Source: Octopus sinensis (lineage: Eukaryota). From it: 64,000 bases of DNA. Under the pieces are notes generated by a model, which was not told where the DNA came from, made no database searches, and worked only from the letters and a program-made list of their open reading frames with translations. The stretch covers positions 32,302,001-32,366,000 of the forward strand of contig NC_043013.1 in assembly GCF_006345805.1 (NCBI RefSeq). Direction: 5' to 3'. Shown piece after piece: positions 37,247-51,269 of the stretch (within the stretch, counting starts at the first letter, position 1; every line of letters begins with the position of its first letter). The translations under genes and the position numbers were made by a program.

Positions 37247-37736
37247 CATGTACATTGTTTTGTCTTGGTATAAAAGATGGGCTACAGTAAATATTCTGCT
37301 CAATACCACAGATTTGCTTGTCAGTTGTTTGACCATAACCAGTTGAGCATGTTCCTTAGTGGCTGACGATATGTGCATCCCTGATCACGAGCAGAAGTAG
37401 TGGGGAGCATCATAACCGTGTGTTGAAAGTTTCCTTAGGGGTTTGGATAAATCACTTCTGCAAACATGGGTGTTTCATTCAACATCCTTAAACGACCTTT
37501 ATTCATGGACCCTTTGAGCACGATGGGCTACTCGAGCTGAAGAAAATTCTAACTGGGACCCACCTGCGAAGGTCAGTCGCTGTATATCTTGATATGAGAT
37601 GACCATGTCATGCACATATGGCTGTGATGCATGTGCTTGGTGTACGCTTATCAGACGGGTAGTCTTGATGGGTATACTGGGCTTCGTATATATTACCCCA
37701 GTGTCACTTTATTGGCATGCAAGGGACGAGATAGGC
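37226..37736. mobile_element. About 510-bp non-coding insert bounded by (TAA)n on both sides
   Basis: Unique GC-richer block between two (TAA)n tracts (37157-37225 and 37737-37804) with no long ORF. It resembles a common octopus repeat from memory, unverified. Confidence 0.5.
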
Positions 37737-37746
37737 TAATAATAAT

Positions 37747-37804
<58 letters not shown>

Positions 37805-38267
37805 GCTAGGTTTTGGTAATTTTATTAAAAGTATGTTTCCCGCTTGTTTGTAGCTATATTCTTTATACCAGAGTGCTCCGTTGAAAGGTTCATTTGGTTC
37901 AGTTAATATGTGTTGTGTCTTGCTAGTGACAATTTTGCACACCTTTTGTCTATCTAGTGTAGGTTTTTATAGATTCTAATATATTTGACTTCTGTGTTTG
38001 AATTTGCTGTCGCCTTCATCACTAAATCGACTTCGATTATATTTAGATAAAAACAGTTGGATTTTGATTGTTTGCAGTGTAACATTTGAATGAATGAGGT
38101 TTCTATCACTGGAATGCGACTAAAATTGGTCATTGCAATGGATGGAATATTTGAATGAATGGGAATTCCATCAACTCAATAAAAACAAATTGGATAATGT
38201 GTTCTTAGATACACAATGGCTAAAGGCAGGAAATGTTGGAATGGTCACTGCCGCACCACTTTATTTA

Positions 38268-38342
<75 letters not shown>

Positions 38343-38381
38343 GAGAGAGAGAGAGAGAGATATGCATACATATATGTACTA

Positions 38382-38418
<37 letters not shown>

Positions 38419-38452
38419 TCAATACATATATTTATACATACATACATAGTGT

Positions 38453-38510
<58 letters not shown>

Positions 38511-39439
38511 TAGATTGATAGATATAGATATAGATGCATGCATACATATATTACTATATATATATATATATTATATATATATATATATAAATACATATAT
38601 TCATACATACATACATAGTCTTATATATATATACATGTATGTATGTATGTATGTATGTATGTATGTATGTATGTATGTATGTATGTATGTATGTATGTAT
38701 GTATGTATGTGTGTGTGTGTGTGTGTGTATGTATCGATCTCATAAGAGTGGCAACTAAACGAGAACTAGTTTGTTTCATAATGTTATTCGCTATTCGTTT
38801 TACATGGCATGCATGCATTTATAAAGATCTTATTTCAATCAGTTACCTTTGATTCTGCATATAGTCATGTTAACGATAGCAGAAACACATAACTTTCTTT
38901 TAGCTTTTTGCACGTTAAGTTCATTTTTTCAGAGGGGAAAAAAAATGTAATGAACTAACAATTTCATGGTGCAGGTAAATGGTCCCTCTCAGCTGTATAC
39001 CTGTATACTTTACAACCAGGAAAGTAATATAATGTGAGCACACTAGGTTATCAAAGTGAAACTGGATCTTTTTAACTGGAGGAATTTCAGTGATGGTTAC
39101 ACGAATAGATGACTACCTACTTTAAAGGAAAATGTAAAAAAAATCTAAACATAATTCAAGTTTTTGCGCACATCCAGAGCAAATCATTAGAGGGACATTG
39201 GTGCAGACTATTTCAGCCGATATGATTTTACGTTCAAGAAGAGTAATTCTCAATAATAAAACTGTGTTAATGTATATTATTGGATGAACTTTTCAAAGGA
39301 CATGTAAGAGGTGCATTCTAGAACTTTTGAAACTTTTTAGGAGAGGCAGTTATAATTGTCCTAAATTACTGCTGTTTTAGTAAATCAATATCTATAAAGC
39401 TAAAATGCGAAAAGTTGTTTGATTTCTTGGTTATTTGTC

Positions 39440-39838
39440 TTATTTGGGCATGGGAACGGTTTAAGGGGTGGCAGATGGGGTCGGATTGGCGCCAAAATTT
39501 ACATGGGGTGAGCAATGGTGTGAGGAGGGTTGCAAATCGCTCGGGGCTACCATTTGGTTGCTATGGTGAAGGATATGGGAAAAATTGAGTTTTATGGGAT
39601 AGACAGGTTGCGCTGTTTGAATAATGGTGGCTTTTCGTGTTGCTGCAGGGGCTAGAGTCGGTTATCTTTAATTGTGGGTGTAAAAATTTGGGGGATTTTG
39701 GAAAGGAGGGTAAAGAAGAGGGCAATAAAAAGAACCACGCAAAGAAGACGAACAAAAGAAGAAAGAGAAAAGGAGAGAACACACACAAAACAACACCGCC
39801 ACTAAAACCCGAGCGAAGCTCGGGTCAAAATAGCTAGT
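39440..39838 (+). mobile_element. Helitron 3' terminus (non-autonomous)
   Basis: Hairpin acccgagc-gaa-gctcgggt (39807-39825) lies 8 nt upstream of CTAG|T (39834-39838). The 5' boundary is uncertain. Confidence 0.7.
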
Positions 39839-40119
39839 CACTACTATATATGTAATAAACTTTTGTAATTCTACGTTGAAGGAGCCAGTTGTAACAGCAC
39901 TTTGAACTCACCCTGTTGAGTCACTATTTGTCACAACTGATTAGTTTGCAGAATGCAGTCGGAACATGAAGACAATTTGTAAGCTCGCTATGCTATAACG
40001 TTTCGTGTTAAAATGGGCAAAAAACGCTATAGAAACTTACGAGATACTCCAGGCTATTTATGGATTGACTTCGTTAATACTCAGTTGTAGTACTCAATGT
40101 TATTCTTTGTTGTTTGTTC

Positions 40120-40385
40120 CATTCGAGCCATGCCTGGCTCATAAGGGCCGGTTTCCCGTTTTCAGTGGCATAAAGGTTTCCCCACCTGGACATGATGCCG
40201 ATCTGTCACAGGTGAGTTGCAAGATGCAGGAGGAAAGAATGAGAGAAAGTCGTGGCGAAAGAGTCAGCAGAAGTTCGCCATTATCTTCTGCCGGAGTCGC
40301 GTGGAGGTTAGGTGTTTCGCTCATAAACAAATACATCGCCCGGTCTGAGGTTCGAACCTGCAATCCCTCGACCGCGAGTCCAGGC
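40120..40385 (-). mobile_element. SINE family C, head truncated
   Basis: Nearly the same sequence as 12421-12690 (cgagccatgcctggctcataagggccggtttcc...ccctcgaccgcgagtcc). Confidence 0.88.
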
Positions 40386-40555
40386 TATATGCTTCCGCGT
40401 AGTACTCAGTAGATTCTGTTAATTCTGAAATGTCATAACGCTTTGCACAAACACCTTTCAAAGGTTATTTGATTACTTGTCAACTAATCAAATTTTAACG
40501 CATTTAAAAGTTACCCACTTTCCCTGTGTGTCCCTAAATATGGCAAGGTCTAGAG

Positions 40556-40836
40556 CAGTGGTTCTCAACCTAGGGATCTACAATATTTTTAGGGTCCCTG
40601 AAAATATTTTGCTTTAGACGTATGTATTGGTAAGTATTGCAAAAAACAACAAGGTTTCTTTCTCTAACATGTTACATAGTTCAACCTACACAAGTTAATG
40701 TGAGAAAAGCAAAATAGGAATTTTTATAGAAGTTTCTATAAAGCTAGTTTTTAAACATCAAATAGAGGTCCACCAGAATAAACTAGTGACCAGAGAGGTC
40801 GGTCCATAGATAAAAAAAAATCGTTGAGAAACCCTG
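40556..40836. mobile_element. hAT/Charlie-like MITE
   Basis: TIRs cagtggttctcaac / gttgagaaaccctg. Flanks gtctagag and acctagcg resemble the NTCTAGAN Charlie target (degenerate TSD). Confidence 0.75.
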
Positions 40837-40892
40837 ACCTAGCGCATCACTAAATTTGACATCACTTCTTATATTCTCTTTAAGCTAAAAAA

Positions 40893-41470
40893 TACAAAGT
40901 ACATTCCAGAACTTTTGACACTTCTTTTCGTGAGACATTTATTAATTACAAAACTCTAATCTCCTTCAAAGTAACATCCTCTGACTTGAATACACTTGTT
41001 GTAGTGCCCCAGCTACTTTATGAAGATCCTGTGGAAGTCCTCCAAAGTGAAAAGGTCCAGAGTCCTTGTCACAGTCCCCTTTTATCTTCTCAATATCTTC
41101 AAAACAACTACCATCAAGTTTCTTTTCCAGCTTGGGAAACAACCAAAAATCACAGGGCGCAAGGTCCAGACTGCAGGTAGAGTGAGGGATAATTTTGATG
41201 CCCATTTTTCTCAAGAAGTTAGTTACCCAGGATAATATTGTGGGTCGATGCATTGTCCTGGCGCAGATGATACCGACCCCTGTGGAATAGCTCTTAACTT
41301 TTCCGAAGGAACCTCTAGTAGGGCTGGCAGTATCTTCGCCCTCGTGGAATATTTGAGCTGTGATAGACGACATTAGTATCACCCAATCAGTAATGTTGTC
41401 ACCAGAGACTTGTTGAATCTCCTTTCATGAAACGTCGCTGAAAAACAGACGGTTTTGACTGATCATATAT
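40893..41470 (-). mobile_element. Mariner fragment (transposase C-terminus)
   Basis: HSTCSLDLAPCDFWLFPKLEKKL corresponds to the YSPDLAPCDFWLFPKLK motif. Confidence 0.8.
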
Positions 41471-41557
41471 ACATATACACTATTGAATGCATTTTTAAGT
41501 TTAGTTTTCTTCATTGGTTAACACAAGTATACTATGTATATATACTATATATATATA

Positions 41558-41618
<61 letters not shown>

Positions 41619-42256
41619 AGTATGTATATGTGTGCACGTGCATGTGTTTGTGAGTGTACGAATTATGTATGTGTGTGAGTGTATGAGTTGTTTATACGTG
41701 AGTGTATGTGTGCAAGTATGTGGTGTGTATGTGTGCAAGTATGTGTTGTGTATGCGTGTGTATGTGTACGTGTGTTAGTATATGGGCTGTGTGTGTGTGT
41801 ATGTATATGGTTGTTTAAAAAATAAATCAATAATCGGCATGACAATCTGTCCACATATATATCATGATATTTAACTGTCAACAAAACAAAACCGCAATTC
41901 ACAAATGATTAAGCATGGAAGTGGGACAACAGACCGACACAGTCTTACGAGATTAGACAGCTTAAATTGAGATCTGTTTATATTATTCTTGTTCACTCTT
42001 CTTATTTATTCTTGTATGAGAATTAAACATTCCAAAGTAAACATCAGAATTCGAAGAAATTTTATGATGGTAATTGAAACAACTTGTAGCCAACAATATA
42101 GTTCAATATTTAAGTTCGATAAGTTCATTTTCTATAACAAGAGTAGAAACTATTGTTTCAAGTGTTGCCCTTTCTGGCTAACGAGAAAAGAAAAAAAATT
42201 GATGTCGATTGGGCTGGAAGCAAGTAAATATCTACTGCCCATATTCCAACACTGTG

Positions 42257-42592
42257 AAGGCACATGGCTCAGTGGTTAGAGCATCGTGGTTACGATCGTG
42301 AGGTTGTGAGCTCGAATCCCGAACCGGGCTGCGTGTTGTATTCTTGAGCAAGACCCTTTATTTCACGTTGCTCCAGTTCACTCAGCTGTAGAAATGAGTT
42401 GCGACGTCACAGGTGCCAAGCTGTATCGGCCCCTTTGCCTTTCCCTTGGATAACACTGGTGGCGTGGAGAGGGAAGGCCGGTATGCATGGGCGACTGCTG
42501 GTCTTCCATCAACAACCTTGCCCGGACTTGGGCCTGGGAGGGTAACTTTCTAGGTGCAATTCCATGGTCTGTGTCGTGACCGAAGGGGGTCT
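42257..42592 (+). mobile_element. SINE family C variant
   Basis: gaaggcacatggctcagtggttagagc head, gctcgaatccc B-box-like, and shared tgcgtgttgtattcttgagcaagac body. Confidence 0.85.
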
Positions 42593-42651
42593 CAGAATAT
42601 TCCAACACTATCATTTTCGTATCTTTACAAAGAACAAAACTCTGGAGACTA

Positions 42652-42865
42652 CGACGGGGTTTTGAAAAGTTCCTGGTTCTGGGTAAAAGAAAATAAAGGA
42701 GGATCAGTTCTTGATTTTATTCATTATATTCCCCTCTCAGATTCACACATTTATTGCAGCTGTCTTTTAGTTTTTCTAAGCCCTGTAAAAGAACTCGGAA
42801 GGTTGAGCCTCCAACTATGCCTCTCACGTTACCTTTAAAGCCAGGAACTTTTCAATACTTCCTCA
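42652..42865. mobile_element. Mariner-type MITE (about 215 bp)
   Basis: TA-cgacggggttttgaaaagttcctgg ... ccaggaacttttcaatacttcctc. Homologous copy at 61304-61519. Confidence 0.85.
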
Positions 42866-43334
42866 TGCATTCCTCGAAGCAAATAAACTTTTATATCGCT
42901 CCTCTGGAATTGTTTTATTAAAGTACTTTACTCATCTACAATAATCACAGTAAGGATTCCTTACAGTTGGGTAAGTCTGCGAACGTGTTGGAAGAAGCAG
43001 TTTCTGTGTTCAATAAAGTCATCTGGTTTTTTATTTCTTTTTGTTCATTTAATCCAACCTTATTTCTGTTTCTGGCCAACCGCGCATTTGGTGGGGGGGG
43101 GCTTTTGGTATCAGGGACTAAATTAAGAACAGCATTGTCATTTTGTTGTTGCTTTTATAGATATTAGGGTATAATTTAAGACTGCTTTAAGAACTGTTTC
43201 AAACGGTGCCAATATACAAGTAGATTTTTAAAATTCATGTTGGTTCTTGAATCTTTTTAAAATATCTGTTGTTAATTATATTTTTATGCGGAAATATAGC
43301 TTTGTTTAGCAAAATGCACAATAGTTTTTTTTTA

Positions 43335-43530
43335 TTTTTTCTTTGTTTCAATCATTGGACTGCGGCCATGCTGGGGCGCCATCTCGTAGGATTTAATCGA
43401 ACAAATCGACCCCAGTACTTTTTTTATGTCTGATACTTATGCTATTGTATTCCTCAGACAAACTGTTAAGTTACGGAGGCGTAAACAAACCAACCCTTCA
43501 TGCCAGGCGAACAGTGGGGAAACACAAATG
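43335..43530 (-). mobile_element. SINE family B, 3' half
   Basis: cattggactgcggccatgctggggcgcc...aatcgaccccagtact. Confidence 0.75.
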
Positions 43531-43598
43531 CAAAGACACACGCACACATATGTACACATGTACATATGTATGTATGTGTGTGTATGTATGTATGTATG

Positions 43599-43632
<34 letters not shown>

Positions 43633-43664
43633 TGCATGCATGTATGCATGTATATACGTACATA

Positions 43665-44914
43665 CGTGGAGCTACCCAAAAGAAACCGGAATTTTGCAAT
43701 ATTATTTTATTCGCTTAGCTTTACATGTTTAGACTTTTATCGCCTTCAAAGTATTCTCCATTTGAAGCAATGTATCGGTCCACTGTTAGAAGCAGTCCTA
43801 GAACTCTTGCGACGTGATGCCTTTTAACGCCTCCGTCTTTTGTTTTTTTCTTCACCACTTCCACATCTACAAAACGTTTTCATTCGGGGAACAAAAGTAG
43901 TTATAGGGAGCAAGATCGAAAGAATAGGAGGTGTGTGTAAACGGGGTCACACCATTTTTGGTCAAAAACTACCTCACGCTGAAGGCGATGTGCAAAGGTG
44001 CATTGTCATGATGAAACCACCACTCACCACTTTACCACTGCTGGGGGCGTTTTCGCCTCGCCGTGTCTTGCAAACGCTTCTGAAATGCCAAGTAAAATGT
44101 CTGGTTAACATCGCTAAAACAAATCAGCATCGTTTTGACATTAGACTTCACTTGATACACTTATGGTGGGCGTGATGACATTGAATGCTTTCATTGACTT
44201 GATAACTGTTTCGTTTCCGGGTCGTAGCCATAGCACCAGTTTTTGCCATCAGTGATGACCTTCGAAAAAAATGTTCGGATCAACTTAAAACTGTTCTTTC
44301 AGATCACGACACGCATTCAGTCGTGACTGCTTTTGATCTTCCGTGAGGAAGCAAGGTACAAATTTTGCTGCAACTCTTTTCATTCGGAATTCCTCGCTCA
44401 AAATTCGTTGGCAGGAGTTCCAGGACACACCAGTCATATTAACAAGTTCGTCGATTGTTCGGCGATGGTCCTCCATGATCATTTCATGAATTTTCGTGAT
44501 GTTTTCATTTGTTCTGGAGGTCGTGGGTCACCCAGAACGAGGTTGGTCTTCAAGCGTCCAGTGACCATTCCTAAAGCGTGAAAACCACTCGTAAACTTGT
44601 GTTTTGCTTATGGTAGCGACTTTTTAGGATGTTTAAGGCATGGCAACTGTTTCGGCCGCAATTTTCCCCAGCAGAAAACAGAATTTCACAGAAGTACGCT
44701 GTTCCTTTATTTCAGCCATCGCAAAAATCGGCGAACAGGGGAGAAGCACTGCAAAGCAAAGACGCATCACATTGCAATATGATTATCGTTGACAACGCTG
44801 GTCGGCGGACTGGTGCCTGAGGGTCGCATCAAGTGGCTTCTAGCGGTGGAAACCCGAACTACAATGCACTTGTGCCACAGAGAATGTTTCTGTTTACTTT
44901 TGGGTACCTCTTCG
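43665..44914 (-). mobile_element. Full-length (about 1250 bp) decayed mariner element
   Basis: TIRs cgtggagctacccaaaagaaac and gtttacttttgggtacctcttcg with TA on both sides. Minus-strand relics RTIDELVNMTGVSWNSCQRIL, VAAKFVP, WCYGYDP and HHDNAP. Confidence 0.88.
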
Positions 44915-45038
44915 TATGTATCTGCATCTATGTATTTCATAGGCTTTCACAGAATTTCCGTCTACCAAATTCACTTTCAAAGCATTGGTCGGGTCGGGCT
45001 GCAATAGATGATATTTGCTCAAAGTGCACCACATGTAG

Positions 45039-45280
45039 AGACGCGTGGCTTAGTGGTAAGGCTGTTGGAATCATTATCATAAGATTGCGGTTACGATTCC
45101 TGTACCGGGCGATGCGTGGCGTTCTTGAGCAAAAACACTTCATTTCACGTTGTTTCGTTCCACTCAGCTGGCAAAAATTATTAACCCTGCGACAGACCGG
45201 CGCCCTCTCCTGGTGGCGGGGAGGCTGCATATACGCCATGGAAACCGGGAAATCCACCCTTATGAGTCTGCATGACTCGA
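45039..45280 (+). mobile_element. SINE family C
   Basis: gagacgcgtggcttagtggtaagg...cgattcctgtaccgggcgatgcg..., homologous to 11785-12022. Confidence 0.85.
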
Positions 45281-45489
45281 GACAAAAACTTTTTATTAAG
45301 GTGCCTCACAACGGGATTGAACTCGAAACAGCATGATTACGAAACGAGATTCTTAACCTCACAGCTATGCCTATACCAATATTTTTTACAACATTTGAAA
45401 TTTTAAAACAATTCCTTTTTTTTTAAAATCGCATACAGTTATTGGGGATTTTTCTTCTTTTTCCTGTTCTCTTGTGTGCTTTGGAAATG

Positions 45490-45788
45490 AAAACAAAACG
45501 GAATTCAGGGAAATTGGTTTCTGATTGCGTAAGCAAAAATTGTATTTATTCATAAAATCTACAACTTTTTATGCTCGTTTGCAAAAAAACATTTCCACTG
45601 TTTCGAAGAAAAAATTAATATCTGCTGAGAGGAGAAATGCCTATGAGATTTTTAACACAAAGGAAATATCTAAAAATGAGATGAAGCTATTTCTTTGTCA
45701 CAATTTCAAAGAGAAGCTATTGCTCATTTCTGCATACGCTCCTGATACCCAAGAAAAAGTAATGAACGATACTCGATCACATTTTTAA
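45490..45788 (+). pseudogene. LINE APE-endonuclease relic (RTE-like)
   Basis: KEKLLLISAYAPDTQEK...F matches the xISAYAPT motif. The rest is degenerate. Confidence 0.5.
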
Positions 45789-45912
45789 TAACAAAAATAT
45801 ATAATACTGTGTTATATAATTGTTTTGTTTAAACCATCCTGAAGACTATTGCGCAATTCATCTTTTAAAATATGCGTGTATATATGTATAAATACATGTA
45901 TTAATGTATATG

Positions 45913-45965
<53 letters not shown>

Positions 45966-45980
45966 TGTGTGTGTGTGTGT

Positions 45981-48032
<2,052 letters not shown>

Positions 48033-48183
48033 ATGTAAAAAGATGAATGAATTATCCTTCGTTTACAGTTAACACGGAAAATTCAATAAACATTACCAGG
48101 GTAGTAAAATTCACGCAAGTAACAAGGATGTAGCGACCTATTCAAAGGTAGAAACTCCGGGTTAATGTGCAGTAATTTGTATA

Positions 48184-48775
48184 GTATAAGTAAATAAATG
48201 GAGTTGAACGCATGTGGTATTCAAATTCTTTTACTTTCGACATATGTTTCGAAGACCACATTGGTTTTATTCCAAAGGAATAAACGGTGTAAAATAATGT
48301 AATCTTCTCATCAGGAAAGAAAGAATAACCTATCTCAACAATAAGACATTATAACTATTTTGATGACTGCAAAAATGATAAACAGAACGCTATTAAGTAT
48401 TTTTAAAATAACCGTTAGTATATCTGACGTCAAAGGCAGATCATAGGAAGAGAAGGGGCAAAGAAATAATAAGTAGACAACAAATAAAGAGAGATATATT
48501 GGTTGAAAGAATGTTCAAAGACTTGGAAGTAGATTTCTCTATTGAAGTAAAGTGCAAGGTGAACTAAATGTTCAAACTATACAGACTGGTATAAATCACT
48601 TATATGAGCTAAAGGTATGTTTCTGCCAGTGCTTACATTTGTAAGATCGCTCTATAAGTGTGTTAAAAAGGTGATTCTTAGAAAAGAGAATATGGAAAGA
48701 GTTCTGAGTTGCCAATGTCGAAAGTAAAAAAATGTGAATAACATCTGCGTTTAACTCCATTTATTTACATACATA
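48184..48775. mobile_element. Penelope-like element: inverted pLTR (48184-48401), sense RT fragment, partial sense pLTR tail (48715-48775)
   Basis: Plus-strand relic ERMFKDLEVDFSIEVKCKVN resembles the PLE RT IFKxxGLxITIExNxKxVNFLD motif. The tail atgtcgaaagtaaaa...tttatttaca is the reverse complement of 48186-48245. Confidence 0.75.
48234..48319 (-). ncRNA. Minimal type I hammerhead ribozyme, fully canonical core
   Basis: Minus strand CUUUC-CUGAUGA-GAAGAUUACAUU...AAUGUGGUCUUC-GAAA-C-AUAU-G-UC-GAAAG. Helix I is 5 bp plus an extension, helix II is 12 bp, helix III is the palindrome ACAUAUGU, triplet GUC. Confidence 0.9.
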
Positions 48776-48943
48776 TATATATGTGTATGTGTGTATATGT
48801 GTGTGTGTGGGGGGGGGTATCGATATATATATTTGTAAAGAATAAAAAGTTTTGGTACAACAATGCACTATAATACAGGCCATGGGCTATATACCTGTTG
48901 TAATTTAGTCATCCATACTCATCCATATATATTTGTGTATTAA

Positions 48944-49097
48944 AGTTACCATTGGTTCCATGTTACGAAAAATATCTTAATATCTTAACAACTTTTCAAG
49001 TTGATCACATGGAGGAATAGCGTTCGTTTCCATTTTGGATCGGCTTTAAAAATTGTTAAGATATTAAGATATTTCTTACATGAAACCAATGGTAACC
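48944..49097. mobile_element. 154-bp MITE with TTAA TSD (Kolobok-like)
   Basis: ttaa|agttaccattggttccatg... and ...catgaaaccaatggtaacc|ttaa with imperfect TIRs of about 52 bp. Purine-purine start rather than the piggyBac CCY. Confidence 0.7.
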
Positions 49098-51269
49098 TTA
49101 ATAAAAACTTAGAGAAATTTTATTCACTTATGCGGTGTTGAGCACTCATTCTCATTGTTCGACATTTACGTATGTGTGTGTGTGTGTATCACAGTATCGA
49201 CCACGCTATCAGATATTGTTATACATCGCTGGTCACAAAAACTCCTACGTTCATAATGTCTACATATATACATAAATATGCATACATGCAATACATACAT
49301 ACATGCATACATACATATATATGGATTATGTGTTTATATTTTAGCATGTCAATGTTCGTGTTTATGTAAATAAAGTTTTCTATAGATATATATGTATATG
49401 TATGTATACACATACAAACACACACACACACACACACATACACCACTACCACCATACCACACTCATATATGTGTGTATGTATTTATATATATATATGTCT
49501 ATATAATTATTTTCATGTATTTAAATTTTTCAACCGCGATAAGAAAACTATCGCGGATTATCAATATTATGACTTAACCTGGAAATGTAATAGTTAAATT
49601 TCCCATAAAAGTTCAGATTATTGTCTTAATAAGAAAATGTTACATTAGATCATTTTTGTCCTTCATATCTATACAATGACATGATAGTCACGGTAGGAAT
49701 ACATTTGATCATAAATCTATTCTTTATGATGTTGCCTTAGGCTAAACGACAACATTTGCTGTTTATCTATTGTTTTCTCTCTTACCATACACTTGTTTCA
49801 GTCATTAGTCGGCTGCCTTCATCAAATTTATAACTCAAGGCAATGAAACTATGACTTTTTTACGCATGTAGCAAACCGGATTATATTATCTGATATGTCG
49901 TTTTTTAATGATACAGTATCATAAGCTTATGCAACCGGATAATGCCTTTGAAATTTCATTAGGTGATGCTTGTTTACAATCGGTTACTTCATAATACTAC
50001 GTCGGTTCTGTGTTACATAAAAGAAACAAATAGTTGGTCACTATCTTGACAGAGAAGATATAAACAAAATGAAATATAGTAACAAAGGAACAAAGTGAAC
50101 TTTAGGAGATTTTTTTTCTTTTTCGCAGTTTAATTTGCTCTGGTCTCTGTTTCTCTATTAAATTTGCTCCTCAGAATTCTTTGATATTTAACCTATTTCA
50201 ATTGCGAGTCTAGACACATAATTATTTCACAATATAGATGTCGAACAAAATGTTAATATTTCTGTGCTACGTGAACATTTCAATTTTTTCTTTCCCATTT
50301 TTTTTATGTACAGAGAATGCTGCTTTATATGAAATTCTGAATGAGTTTTATACATTAATAGAAAGCAATAAATGAATGTTTCTTTATATTCCGTTTGTCT
50401 AATAGTGTTGAAGATCAATTGTGTATGATTTCTAATTGACTTCAATTCACGTAGTATTTGTCTAATCTGCGGAAGACGTGGTTAAACAAAACCGGAATAA
50501 TATTCAATCTTGTAATAACATGCTACCTTGTCAAAAGTAATTATCTTCGGATTGGTTTTTGAATTAAACTTATGAAAATTGAAATTCTATAGCTGGAACA
50601 CCCACGTATAATTGAAGCGTCTTTACATTATTAAAACATTTTTGAATAGCTCGATGATCATTTCATATTTAATATCATCGGCAAATATTAGCTTGAGACA
50701 AGAAATAATTTTCAATTCAATAATATTATTGGTGAGAAAGATGGAAGACATTTTTCTTTGCTTGTTTCTCTTTTTTTTTTTTTTATTTGCATCATTTGAT
50801 TTCACATGATAATTCAAATGTGTGTGTGTGAGAGAGAGAGAGGGGGGGGGGAGAGAGCGAGAGAGTTGTGTGTAAAATTACCTTTTAAGCTTGCAGAGAA
50901 GATTCCAAACGTGCTACCGAGGTTTAAGAAACCAATACTCGACAAACAGAAATTATTTATTTTTCTGAGATAATAGCAGATTATCAGTGATATTATTTTT
51001 ATCTGTTGTTCATATTTTATCTCTTGTTATCGCATTTATTAGATATGATATCTATTTAGTTCTTTATGTTGTGATACAGTTAGAATAGCTAAACTCAATG
51101 CGTTTCTTTCTTTCTTTACTTTTTTCATTTTGTTTTCAAGCCGTTTGAGAAAGAATTATTCAACCATGATACCATTAGTGGTGTTTAACCTCAGGTCCTC
51201 CCTGATTCAGCTGACCTATAAATAAAGGCATTTCAAACTTATTGTTATATTTATATTCGTTCATAACGA

